NCBI GenBank assembly: GCA_905207485.1
Contig: CAJLLL010000002.1
Coordinates: forward strand, 10,015-74,014
Length of the DNA stretch: 64,000 nucleotides
Origin: an uncultured Phascolarctobacterium sp.
Lineage (GTDB): Bacteria > Bacillota > Negativicutes > Acidaminococcales > Acidaminococcaceae
Reading direction: 5' to 3'
The notes below the pieces were generated by a model that did not search any database, was not told the origin of the DNA, and saw nothing but the letters and a program-made list of their open reading frames with translations. Below are positions 29,580-38,294 of this stretch, piece after piece; the first letter of the stretch is position 1, and every line of letters begins with the position of its first letter. The position numbers were made by a program, and so were the translations under genes.

Positions 29580-30980
29580 TCAGCCTTTGGTCGGGAATAC
29601 GCCCAAGCCAACGCTTACTGGCCTTTCCGCGCCATCGGAAGGATTATTTAAAATTTTGCCGTCCAACACCATTTCGCTGCTGCCGCCGCCGTCAAAGTTC
29701 AGCGCCTGCCATGCGCCCAGCTTAACCATATAATCGGCAAGTTCCTGCAAACTCATGCCGGAACTGCTGCGGCTGCGCCCATCAACTACCAGCAAAATAA
29801 CAGTGCCGTCCTTTTTTATGCCAATGGCCGTACGCGGCGCACGCCCGCGGGCTATGTCGGAAGCAATATTTTCTTCCGCACTGCGCACATCAGCTTTGCC
29901 ATCCGCTACCAGCGAAGGGCCTGCACCCAGCACAAGTTCCGCTTCATCGGCAGTTTCATTGCCCAAAGTTTCACGCAGGCGCACACGGTCGCCAACCTGT
30001 ACGCGCTCCAACACTTTGGCGGCATCGCCGTGGGCAGATAAAACAACGCTGTCTGCATCAAGCTTCATATTGCCGTTCTTGCTTACTTCAGTTACCCTGC
30101 CATTATTGGCGATACGGATTTCATAGCCCCATTGATTTGTTTTGGTGCTTTTGCCGTAATAATGCGTGTATACAACTACATCGCCGGCAATGCGGGCGCG
30201 GTTAATGCCTTTTACATCAATAAAAGTTCCCAGTTTGGGGAAGAAAGCGCGGCCCTGATATGATAAATCCTTCATTATCTGCGCTTTGCCGCCGTTTACA
30301 ACAAAGGCGCTGCGCGGCTGGCTTTCCATGCCCATCCATTCGCCGTCCAGCTTCAGGTTGCCGATAATCCAGCCATCCGTATCAAAATAAGAAGCGTTAA
30401 CTGCCGCACGTGCGCCGACAGCTTTGCTTGCCTTCAGCAAAGTTCCGCGCCCGTTTCTGTTTACTGCCCCGCTGAAAGGTTTTAAAGTGTAACGGTTTTT
30501 GGGTGCAATTTCCAAAATATTTACTTCTACCGGCAAACCGTTCATATCTTCACGGCGGTAAATATGTGTCAGCCCCTTGCCCATATCATTTTTGGTATTT
30601 TCCACACGGATGCGGAAAATATCCAGCACCAGGCGGTCAGGCTGCTTTAATACCAATACCTTATGCTGCGCCTCGCTTTTTAAATCTACAATGAGGCGTG
30701 TTTTATCGCCCTTTTCTTCAAGGCGCGCCTTTTTGATAATCGGGTCTTTTACTTTGGAAACAATATCATCTGCAAGTTCAGCATCAAGTTCCAACACAAG
30801 CTGCTTTTTAGTATTTTTAATTTCTTTGTAGTTAATTTTACCGTCTGCATCAACAACAAAACGTATTTTGCTGGGGCTGCTGCTGAAACGGAAGTTCTGC
30901 ACTTCTGCTGCCATTGCCGCCACCGGCACGGCCAAAACAAGCAGTGTTACCGCAGCCAGCCTGCCTAAAAGTTTTAACAT
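29580..30980 (-). CDS. AMIN-domain protein with phosphodiester glycosidase (NAGPA-like, DUF2233) domain
   Basis: A signal peptide and an N-terminal AMIN-like beta domain are followed by a C-terminal domain with the NAGPA-family motif ALNFDGGGSS. The start was set at the Met that has a GGAGG RBS. Confidence 0.6.
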   Translation of the reverse strand: MLKLLGRLAAVTLLVLAVPVAAMAAEVQNFRFSSSPSKIRFVVDADGKINYKEIKNTKKQLVLELDAELADDIVSKVKDPIIKKARLEEKGDKTRLIVDLKSEAQHKVLVLKQPDRLVLDIFRIRVENTKNDMGKGLTHIYRREDMNGLPVEVNILEIAPKNRYTLKPFSGAVNRNGRGTLLKASKAVGARAAVNASYFDTDGWIIGNLKLDGEWMGMESQPRSAFVVNGGKAQIMKDLSYQGRAFFPKLGTFIDVKGINRARIAGDVVVYTHYYGKSTKTNQWGYEIRIANNGRVTEVSKNGNMKLDADSVVLSAHGDAAKVLERVQVGDRVRLRETLGNETADEAELVLGAGPSLVADGKADVRSAEENIASDIARGRAPRTAIGIKKDGTVILLVVDGRSRSSSGMSLQELADYMVKLGAWQALNFDGGGSSEMVLDGKILNNPSDGAERPVSVGLGVFPTKG

Positions 30981-31046
30981 TGTTCTTACCTCCATGCCAA
31001 AAAACAATACACAGCCCTAAGGCTGTGTATTAAATGCAATCTGCAA

Positions 31047-32063
31047 TCAATCGTTGCCGACAACCGAACCGGGGCGCAGGCTGTTAAGCTCTGCCAGTGC
31101 CTTGCCGGTACCCATGGCAACGCAGTCCAGCGGGTTTTCGGCAACAGTCGTTTTAATGCCGGTTTCGTCGGTTAAAAGCTGTGCCAGGCCATCAAGCAAA
31201 GCACCGCCGCCGGTAAGCACCATGCCTTTGTCAACAATATCTGCCGAAAGTTCCGGCGGGCATTTTTCCAATACGCTGCGCACGGTAGCAATCATGGAAT
31301 AAACCGGCTCGCGCAATGCTGCACGCGCATCTGCCGAAGTAACTTTAATAGTGGTAGGCATGCCGGTAACAAGGTCACGCCCGCGTACTTCAATAGCTTC
31401 GCTTCTGCCCTCGGAATGTACCGTTGCCACTTTCATCTTGATTTCTTCAGCAGTCGGTTCGCCAATCAGCACATTATGCACTTTTTTTACATAGCGCACA
31501 ATGGCATCGTCAAAAGCATCGCCGCCCACGCGGATGGAAGAATCTACAACCACGCCGCCCAGGCTTAAAATAGCAATATCGGTTGTGCCGCCGCCGATGT
31601 CAATAACCATGCTGCCGCTCGGCACGCTGATATCAAGCCCTGCGCCCAAAGCCGCAGCAAGAGGTTCTTCAATTAAATAAGTTTTGGAAGCGCCTGCCTG
31701 CTTAGCTGCTTCAAGCACGGCGCGTTTTTCTACGGAAGTAATGCCGGTAGGAATGCTGACCATGATGCGCGGCTTGCTGAAAAAGCTTTTGCCTGCCACA
31801 CGCGCCACTACAAACTCCAGCATTTTCTGCGTTACGGTATAGTTGGCAATAACGCCTTCTTTTAACGGACGGATTACGGAAATATTGCCCGGCACTTTGC
31901 CAATCATATCGCGGGCTTCGTTGCCCACTGCCAGAATTTTATTTTTGCTTTTATTAATCGCTACTACGGAAGGCTCGTCAAACACAATGCCTTTGCCCTT
32001 GATGTATACCAAAAGGTTGGCAGTGCCAAGGTCGATGCCTATATCAACACTGTTAAAAAACAT
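31047..32063 (-). CDS. mreB: Rod shape-determining actin homolog MreB
   Basis: 338 aa with actin-fold motifs DLGTANLLVY and IDIGGGTTD. Confidence 0.9.
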   Translation of the reverse strand: MFFNSVDIGIDLGTANLLVYIKGKGIVFDEPSVVAINKSKNKILAVGNEARDMIGKVPGNISVIRPLKEGVIANYTVTQKMLEFVVARVAGKSFFSKPRIMVSIPTGITSVEKRAVLEAAKQAGASKTYLIEEPLAAALGAGLDISVPSGSMVIDIGGGTTDIAILSLGGVVVDSSIRVGGDAFDDAIVRYVKKVHNVLIGEPTAEEIKMKVATVHSEGRSEAIEVRGRDLVTGMPTTIKVTSADARAALREPVYSMIATVRSVLEKCPPELSADIVDKGMVLTGGGALLDGLAQLLTDETGIKTTVAENPLDCVAMGTGKALAELNSLRPGSVVGND

Positions 32064-32077
32064 ATCTTCACCTACTT

Positions 32078-33343
32078 TTAATCTTTCGTGCCGACGCGCT
32101 CAATATCCGCGCCCAGTTTTTTCAGTTTGGCCACAATCTCTTCGTAGCCGCGGTCAATATGGTAAATATCGCAAATTTCGGTTGCTCCTTCTGCTACCAG
32201 TCCGGCCAAAATCATAGCCGCACCGGCGCGCAGGTCGGTTGCCCTTACCGTGCAGCCTGTTAGATGCGCAGGCCCGGTAATAACGGCGCTGCGCCCTTCG
32301 GTTGTAATATTGGCTCCCATGCGGTTAAGTTCAACAACGTGCATAAAACGGTTTTCAAAAACGGTTTCGGTAACTTTGCTGCGCCCTTCGGCAACAGAAA
32401 GCATAGCCATCATCTGTGCCTGCATATCGGTCGGGAAGCCCGGATAAGGCAAAGTTTTAATATCGACAGCTTTTAAATTGCCGTCAGAAGCAACGTGGAT
32501 ACGGTCAATGTCTTCTTCTACCAGCGCACCAGCTTCACGCAGTTTGGCAATAAGCGGTTTCTGATGTTCCGGCAGTACATTTTCAATAATAACATCGCCG
32601 CCGGTCATTGCTGCGGCAATCATATAAGTGCCTGCCTCAATGCGGTCGGGAATAACGGAATGCTGTACGCCGTGCAGTTCGCTTACGCCTTCAATAGTTA
32701 TTACATTAGTGCCGGCACCGCGTACACGTGCGCCCATCTGGTTCAAATAGTTGGCGAGGTCAACAATTTCAGGCTCTTCGGCAGGGTTCTCCAGCACCGT
32801 TGTGCCTTTGGCCATAGCCGCCGCCATCATAATATTTTCCGTTGCGCCAACGCTCGGAAAATCAAGGTAAATGTTCGTGCCAACCATGCCGTCCGGCGCA
32901 CTGGCTTCAATATAGCCGTGCCCCTGCTCAATTTTTACACCCAAAGCTTCAAAACCCTTCAAATGTAAATCAATCGGGCGCGTGCCGATAGCGCAGCCGC
33001 CAGGCTGGGAAATACGCGCATAACCCTTGCGCGCCAATAACGGACCCATAACAAGGAATGATGCACGCATGGAGCGCACCAGTTCGTAAGGAGCCTCGCA
33101 TGAAGTAATCTCGCGGCTGTCAATATTAAGCGTATGCGGCTCGGAAGCATCAACCTTAATGCCAAGGCATTCCAGCACAGCACAAATAGTGCGTACATCT
33201 TCAAGCGCCGGAATTTCATCCAGCCTGCTGGGAGAAGTACCCAAAATAGAAGCGGCAATAATCGGCAACACGGCGTTTTTGGCGCCGCTTGTTTTTACCG
33301 TACCGATGAGGCGGCTGCCGCCTTTAACTATCAATCTTTCCAA
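32078..33343 (-). CDS. murA: UDP-N-acetylglucosamine 1-carboxyvinyltransferase
   Basis: EPSP-synthase fold with the MurA active-site region. The probable TTG start (MERLIVKGG) has a GGAGAG RBS 7 nt upstream; the track ORF extends further 5'. Confidence 0.88.
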   Translation of the reverse strand: MERLIVKGGSRLIGTVKTSGAKNAVLPIIAASILGTSPSRLDEIPALEDVRTICAVLECLGIKVDASEPHTLNIDSREITSCEAPYELVRSMRASFLVMGPLLARKGYARISQPGGCAIGTRPIDLHLKGFEALGVKIEQGHGYIEASAPDGMVGTNIYLDFPSVGATENIMMAAAMAKGTTVLENPAEEPEIVDLANYLNQMGARVRGAGTNVITIEGVSELHGVQHSVIPDRIEAGTYMIAAAMTGGDVIIENVLPEHQKPLIAKLREAGALVEEDIDRIHVASDGNLKAVDIKTLPYPGFPTDMQAQMMAMLSVAEGRSKVTETVFENRFMHVVELNRMGANITTEGRSAVITGPAHLTGCTVRATDLRAGAAMILAGLVAEGATEICDIYHIDRGYEEIVAKLKKLGADIERVGTKD

Positions 33344-33414
33344 CTGCAAACTCTCCTGTTCTTTCAACCATTCTATAAAAAGGCAGACTTCTAAAAATAA
33401 ATATTTTCTGTGAT

Positions 33415-33443
33415 AGTTTATCACTTTTTTTGCAGCTTGGCAA
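33415..33443 (-). promoter_or_regulatory. Putative sigma-70 promoter for murA (TTGCCA-17-TAAACT)
   Basis: A -35/-10 pair with 17-nt spacing, about 70 nt upstream of the murA start. Confidence 0.35.
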
Positions 33444-33456
33444 TCATTACGCTAAT

Positions 33457-33490
33457 AAAAAACGCCCGCCGTTTTTTATAGCGGCAGGCG
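33457..33490 (-). terminator. Intrinsic terminator downstream of the small ORF and upstream of murA
   Basis: Minus-strand hairpin cgcctgccgc-(9 nt)-cggcgggcg followed by UUUUUU. Confidence 0.5.
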
Positions 33491-33516
33491 GTAAAATGCA
33501 CTGTAAACATATGCCG

Positions 33517-33711
33517 TCAAATGCTGCGGTTCTGCATTTTCAGACGTTCGGCAAGGATGTTGTAATTAGTTTCCTTTTCCATAATTTCTTTTTTAATTTC
33601 AGCGATGATATCAGGGTCTTCTTCTGTTTTCAAGCGTTCGCGCAGTTCCTGCACAGCCTGCCTGAGTTCAAACATTTTATTTCCGGAAACGGTATTGAAT
33701 ACGTCAGCCAC
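33517..33711 (-). CDS. Small hypothetical helical protein (~64 aa), independent transcription unit
   Basis: An ORF with a GTG start and a GGGAG RBS 9 nt upstream. The product is charged and helical (LRQAVQELRERLKTEEDPDIIAEIKKEIMEKE). It is flanked by a strong promoter and a terminator. Confidence 0.35.
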   Translation of the reverse strand: MADVFNTVSGNKMFELRQAVQELRERLKTEEDPDIIAEIKKEIMEKETNYNILAERLKMQNRSI

Positions 33712-33743
33712 AACAATCAACTCCCATCATTCTTTGTATTTTT

Positions 33744-33772
33744 ATTATACCAAAAAATGAAGCTATAAGCAA
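33744..33772 (-). promoter_or_regulatory. Putative sigma-70 promoter (TTGCTT-17-TATAAT)
   Basis: Consensus -10 with 17-nt spacing, about 25 nt upstream of the small ORF. Confidence 0.4.
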
Positions 33773-33900
33773 AGTTTTATTTTGCATGTTGCCTGTAAAA
33801 ATTTAACAAAATTTCACAATTAGGCACTAAATTTACATGCTGTACTGATAAAATTTCAGCGGCATTTCATTAATATATGAACACAGTAATTAAACATACA

Positions 33901-33928
33901 AAAAACGGACGGCATAAGCCGTCCGTTT
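33901..33928 (-). terminator. Intrinsic terminator of ompM
   Basis: Perfect 11-bp stem aaacggacggc / gccgtccgttt with a 4-nt loop and a U-run on the minus strand, 35 nt after the ompM stop. Confidence 0.6.
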
Positions 33929-33962
33929 GTAGCCTTTAATATTAAACTTATTAAAGTTAGGA

Positions 33963-35231
33963 TTAGAAAGTGAAGTACAGTTCGGAGAAGATGGTTTCTG
34001 CGTCTTTGCCGTTTTCTTTGCCTTCAAAGTCATAGTAGTTAACTACTGCAACGATGTTTTTAGCAACTGCCCAGCTTGCGCCTACATTCCAGCCCTTGTA
34101 ACCTTCGTCAAAAATACTACCAGCTTTATACTGACCATTTTCATCATAAGTTCTACCAACGAAACCATCAGTAGTCGGGCTGAGGTAAGCATTAGCAGAC
34201 TGGTCAAAATAACCTACGTGCAGGCCATAGGAACCCGGTTCGTCAGCTTTAGCGCCTTTCCAGGAAACATCTGCCCACCAGCCGTCTTTATCGGTGTCAT
34301 AGTAATCTTCATTGCCGCGCATATATTCAGCAGCCAGTACAAAATCAGGAGCGAAGTTATAGTTGAAACCTACGTTCCAAATTTCTTTATCCATATTGTC
34401 AGTATTAGCAACAGGTCTATTTTCTACAGTTGCATGACCGGAAGCATCAGTTTCGAGGTAAGCAGCATAAGCGTTTACTGCACCCATGTCAGCTTCAACA
34501 CCTACAACATAGAGACGGTCTTCGGAATCAAACAGATAATCAACGTTGTCATCCTGGTGGCTTGCACCTTTAGCAGCCAAGCCAAATACTTTTACTTTAT
34601 CGCCATAGGAAACTTTAACGCCATCGAGATAGGAATCAAGTACGTTACCGGTGAAGAGAACTTCATTCCAACGGCCAGCCTGTACATCTAAGCCGCCAAG
34701 ACGGCCATTCAGATATGCACGGTTAAGAACTACATCTTCATCGCCTTCTTCATTGCTGAAGTCCTGAGTGTTCTGGAACATGCCGGTGTAAGTCCAGTCT
34801 TCGTTAACTTCGCCAGTTACCCACAAACGGGTACGGAGAGCAGCGTTATCGCCATCAACATCGCCGCTAAGATCTTTGTAGGAAGCACGGATCTGACCGG
34901 TGATTTTTACGTTGTCGGATTTTTTCTCAAGGTTAGCAACGCGAACGCCAAGGCTGTCAAGTTCGTCAGCAAATTCTGCTGCCAGTTTGTCTACGTTAGC
35001 GCCTTTAGCCATAGCTTTAGCAACAATCTGAGCCATTTCGTAACGGGTCATCAGTTTGTCACCGCCGTAGGTGCCGTCGGGATAACCGTCAACAACGCCT
35101 GCTGCAGCCAGTTTGTTTACAGCATCATAAGCCCAATGACCAGCCGGTACATCGGAGAAGGGGTTTGCGGCATAAGCGCTTGCAGTTACGCCAAGAGCCA
35201 TTGCCATTGCGAGAACTAAAGATTTTTTCAT
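33963..35231 (-). CDS. ompM: SLH-domain outer membrane porin (OmpM-type OM-peptidoglycan tether)
   Basis: 422 aa with a signal peptide and an N-terminal S-layer-homology domain (FSDVPAGHWAYDAVNKLAAAGVVDGYPDGTY), then a coiled-coil. The C-terminal beta-barrel ends with an aromatic residue (...YFTF). Confidence 0.85.
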   Translation of the reverse strand: MKKSLVLAMAMALGVTASAYAANPFSDVPAGHWAYDAVNKLAAAGVVDGYPDGTYGGDKLMTRYEMAQIVAKAMAKGANVDKLAAEFADELDSLGVRVANLEKKSDNVKITGQIRASYKDLSGDVDGDNAALRTRLWVTGEVNEDWTYTGMFQNTQDFSNEEGDEDVVLNRAYLNGRLGGLDVQAGRWNEVLFTGNVLDSYLDGVKVSYGDKVKVFGLAAKGASHQDDNVDYLFDSEDRLYVVGVEADMGAVNAYAAYLETDASGHATVENRPVANTDNMDKEIWNVGFNYNFAPDFVLAAEYMRGNEDYYDTDKDGWWADVSWKGAKADEPGSYGLHVGYFDQSANAYLSPTTDGFVGRTYDENGQYKAGSIFDEGYKGWNVGASWAVAKNIVAVVNYYDFEGKENGKDAETIFSELYFTF

Positions 35232-35388
35232 TTTTCATTCCTCCAGGGAAAGTAAATTTTTATCCTTAGCCGAAACCTTTTGTTCAAAACTTCCCTTACT
35301 GGTCTTTTATGCGCGAGTTGCCATGTTTCCTCTGCAACCAAACCAATGCAGTCCGTCTTTTGCAAACTGTTCTTTTAAGGATGTGTAC

Positions 35389-35417
35389 ACTTTACCACAA
35401 TTTCACAATGCCGTCAA
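35389..35417 (-). promoter_or_regulatory. Putative ompM promoter (TTGACG-17-TAAAGT with an upstream TG)
   Basis: Good sigma-70 match, about 160 nt upstream of the ompM ATG, implying a long 5' UTR. Confidence 0.4.
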
Positions 35418-35465
35418 TATTATTTTACAATTTTTTGTGAATTTTTATGAATTTTGAGTACATAT

Positions 35466-35497
35466 AAAAACAGACAGCGCTTAAAACGCTGCCTGTT
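35466..35497 (-). terminator. Intrinsic terminator of ppaC
   Basis: Hairpin aacaggcagcg-(7 nt)-cgctgtctgtt followed by UUUUU on the minus strand, 20 nt after the stop. Confidence 0.5.
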
Positions 35498-35517
35498 TGT
35501 TAAAAACTTTACATTAT

Positions 35518-36846
35518 TTATTTACTGAAAGCATCCGTCAAAGGCGGTACAATTTGTTTTTTGCGGGAAAGTACGCCCGGCAGATAATAATGGCCAACGC
35601 CTTCCGGTTTGCCGAAAGCTTCGGTAACTTTTGCCTGGTTAACGCCTGCAACCAAAAGGTCGGTAGCTTCGGAAAGAATATCCGTTACCATCAGGAAAGA
35701 AAGATCAAATCCTTCTGCTTCACGCATAGTTTCCAGTGCCGTTAAAAGTTCCGGCATTTTATCCAGCCCCTGCTGACGGCCTAAAATGTTAATCTGCGCT
35801 ACGCTTGCTTTGGTTTCGCCAAAGTCGAACTCTTTCAGGTCGGTGCGTACCAGTTCGTCTGCACTTAAACGCGCAATTACAGAACCCTGTTTCAGTTCTT
35901 CCATGGCATAGGCTTCCAAATCTTCAAGTCCTGCAAGTTTTTGCAGTTTGGCAGCTGCATCTTTGTCCTGCTGGGTAGTAGTCGGGCTGCGGAAATACAG
36001 GGTATCGGAAATAATTGCCGATAAAAGCAGTCCCGCAATTTCACGCGGCAGTTCTACTTTATAGGTTTCCGCCATATTGGTAACGATGGTTGCAGTGCAG
36101 CCTACTGGTTCTTCGCGGATATAGATAGGAGCCGCAGTATGCAGGCCGCCCATGCGGTGATGGTCAATTACTTCAATGATTTCCGCTTCTTCGCTGCCTT
36201 CAACAGCCTGTGCGCGTTCGTTGTGGTCAACAAGGATAAGCTGGGTTTTATCCGGTTTCAGCAGGCGAACCTTGTCAATCATACCAATGTAGCGGCCGCC
36301 TTCAACAACCGGATAGGAGCGGAAGTTGGTATCGAGCATTGCATTTTTAACGTCATCCAGAAGTTCGTTGTTGTTAAAGGAAACAACGCTGGTGGTCATC
36401 AAATCTTTAACCGGTGCATCCAAAAGCTGGCTGTAATCAACGGCGCCGGTTTCGTTTTCCTGTGCGCAAAGTTCTTTATAGAAGCATTTGGCAAGGTCGG
36501 TTACGGTAACAACGCCTTCAATGTTTTCCGGCGTGCCAACAGGCATGCAACGTACGCCGTAATCGGTAAACAAATGGCTTACCTCGCGCAGTTTGGTTTC
36601 TGCGTTCAGCATCGGCACGGCAATAAGTTCAATATCTTTCAGGCGGGGATACATATCTTCAAGCAAAACAGGTTCTTCCACGCCAAAATAATTTAAAACA
36701 TACTGGGTTTCGGGGTTCAGCGCACCTGCGCGGGCTGCCACGGCGTTAACGCCAAGCTGCCTTTTAAGCCACGCATAAGCAACTGCGGAGCAGATAGAAT
36801 CTGTATCCGGGTTGCGGTGGCCGATAACATATACTGGTTTATCCAC
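35518..36846 (-). CDS. ppaC: Manganese-dependent inorganic pyrophosphatase (DHH-DHHA2 family II) with CBS-domain insertion
   Basis: The family II PPase N-terminus motif VIGHRNPDTDSICSAVAYAW is present, with a tandem CBS pair in the middle and a DHHA2 domain at the C-terminus. A GTG start with an AGGAAG RBS was chosen; the track ORF extends to 36987. Confidence 0.8.
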   Translation of the reverse strand: MDKPVYVIGHRNPDTDSICSAVAYAWLKRQLGVNAVAARAGALNPETQYVLNYFGVEEPVLLEDMYPRLKDIELIAVPMLNAETKLREVSHLFTDYGVRCMPVGTPENIEGVVTVTDLAKCFYKELCAQENETGAVDYSQLLDAPVKDLMTTSVVSFNNNELLDDVKNAMLDTNFRSYPVVEGGRYIGMIDKVRLLKPDKTQLILVDHNERAQAVEGSEEAEIIEVIDHHRMGGLHTAAPIYIREEPVGCTATIVTNMAETYKVELPREIAGLLLSAIISDTLYFRSPTTTQQDKDAAAKLQKLAGLEDLEAYAMEELKQGSVIARLSADELVRTDLKEFDFGETKASVAQINILGRQQGLDKMPELLTALETMREAEGFDLSFLMVTDILSEATDLLVAGVNQAKVTEAFGKPEGVGHYYLPGVLSRKKQIVPPLTDAFSK

Positions 36847-37018
36847 GTTCAGCACTTCCTTTTTACAGGCAGCCGGGCTGCCGTTCTTAATTTTTCGGTA
36901 TCTTTTATTATACCACGCTTTGCCCTGCCCTGTCACCGCTTTTTGCCTGCCAGCGGCAAACAAAACCTTTTTGCGGGCAATAAACACAAAATATTAATAC
37001 GGTTCTATAAAAGTAAAT

Positions 37019-37648
37019 TTATTTAGCCCTTTTGCCATCCATAGTTGCAAGTAACTCAGCCGGATTAATATTATGGTATGCCAAAAGCACAAGGCAGTGA
37101 TACCACAAACTGCCCATTTCATCAAGCACGGCTGTTTTGCTGCCGTTTTTGGAAGCTATAACCGTACTGGTTGTTTCTTCGCCAAGTTTGCTTAAAATTT
37201 TATCCTGCCCGGACATAAACAAATAATGCGTGTAGGATTTTTCGCCGCCGTGTGCACGCTTATAGCAAATTATGCGGTACAATTCCGCCAGCACGCCATG
37301 TATGCCTTCCGGCTCCGGTACAGGCAGGTTGCCGCCGGCGCATTTCCATACCGGTTTTGTAAACACGCAAAGCCCCTGAGTTTTGGGCATGGCTTTTATA
37401 AGCAGCACGGTTCCGTTTTTATCACTGCTTATTTCCGCAACATCAAAATTTGCGCCATCGTCAGCAGCATTGTAAATTTTTTGCGTTTCTGCATCATACA
37501 GCCACAAATTTCCGGTTTCGGCAGTTTTGGCAAGCGCAGCGCCGTTTATTTTTACCAGCGCCAGCACTTCACCGCTGCCTGCATCCTGCACAACAGCATT
37601 AATAAAACCATGTGCGTTAAACTTTAAAGCTGTAAAATCAATTTTCAT
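37019..37648 (-). CDS. hisIE: Bifunctional phosphoribosyl-AMP cyclohydrolase / phosphoribosyl-ATP pyrophosphatase
   Basis: 209 aa with an N-terminal HisI domain (FNAHGFINAVVQD...GNLWLY) and a C-terminal HisE domain (SYTHYLF...GQDKILSKLGEE). Confidence 0.85.
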   Translation of the reverse strand: MKIDFTALKFNAHGFINAVVQDAGSGEVLALVKINGAALAKTAETGNLWLYDAETQKIYNAADDGANFDVAEISSDKNGTVLLIKAMPKTQGLCVFTKPVWKCAGGNLPVPEPEGIHGVLAELYRIICYKRAHGGEKSYTHYLFMSGQDKILSKLGEETTSTVIASKNGSKTAVLDEMGSLWYHCLVLLAYHNINPAELLATMDGKRAK

Positions 37649-37943
37649 TTTTTTCGCCTTCTCTTAAAACGGGCATTACGGAATTATACCCGTCGGCGCC
37701 GTAAATCAGGCAGCGCTTTACGCGCGATATGGTCGCCGTGCTGGCGCCGGTTTTTTCTACAATCTCTTCATAGATGCAGCCTGCGTCAAGCATGCGCGCT
37801 ACTTCAAGCCGCTGTGCCATTGCTTTCAGTTCGGCTATTGTGCAAATATCTTCAAAAAAATCAGAACACTGCTGTTCATCTTTCAAACTTAAAACAGCCT
37901 TAAACAACTGTGCGGTTAATTTATCCCTGGTCTTTGCCGACAT
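37638..37943 (-). CDS. TrpR-like / YerC-YecD family DNA-binding protein
   Basis: 101-aa helical protein with a Trp-repressor-like HTH (ELKAMAQRLEVARML...TGASTATISRV). Confidence 0.65.
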   Translation of the reverse strand: MSAKTRDKLTAQLFKAVLSLKDEQQCSDFFEDICTIAELKAMAQRLEVARMLDAGCIYEEIVEKTGASTATISRVKRCLIYGADGYNSVMPVLREGEKNEN

Positions 37944-38062
37944 GGCTGTCCTCCTTGTTAAAACCCGTTATAATTTTAGTTTGGATTTTTATATCCTTTC
38001 TAACTTTAATACTTTATTTTGCAAAAAGTCAAGTATTTTTACGCCTTTTTCAAAAAATTTTA

Positions 38063-38091
38063 TTGACATATTTGTAAACACCGTGTATGAT
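38063..38091 (+). promoter_or_regulatory. Sigma-70 promoter (TTGACA-17-TATGAT) driving the riboswitch-metNIQ transcript
   Basis: Near-consensus hexamers with 17-nt spacing, about 25 nt upstream of the riboswitch P1 stem. Confidence 0.55.
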
Positions 38092-38115
38092 TGATACATC
38101 AACTTCATACAAACA

Positions 38116-38211
38116 TTCATCAAGAGTAGCCGAGGGACTGGCCCTATGACGCTACGGCAACCATCCATCGTGAAACGGTGCCAAATCCAACGGAGCATTC
38201 CGGCAGATGAA
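38116..38211 (+). promoter_or_regulatory. SAM-I riboswitch (S-box) aptamer
   Basis: The P1 stem UUCAUC/GAUGAA encloses the conserved S-box elements AUCAAGAG, GAGGGACUGGCCC, AUGA, GGCAACC, GGUGCCAAAUCC and GCAG. It lies upstream of the methionine transporter genes. Confidence 0.85.
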
Positions 38212-38231
38212 AGAGGTAATTAAGACTTATG

Positions 38232-38259
38232 CCCTTCACCTGTACGTGAAGGGTTTTTT
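38232..38259 (+). terminator. Riboswitch expression-platform terminator
   Basis: Hairpin cccuucac-cuguac-gugaaggg followed by UUUUUU, 36 nt before the metN start. Confidence 0.7.
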
Positions 38260-38294
38260 AATACCTTCAACTGATGAAAGAAAGAGGAACATTT

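Noticed and set aside
33430-33768. 112-aa plus-strand ORF in the murA-ompM intergenic region
   Set aside because: It is Phe-rich junk translation without an RBS. The minus strand carries a convincing promoter / small ORF / terminator unit instead.
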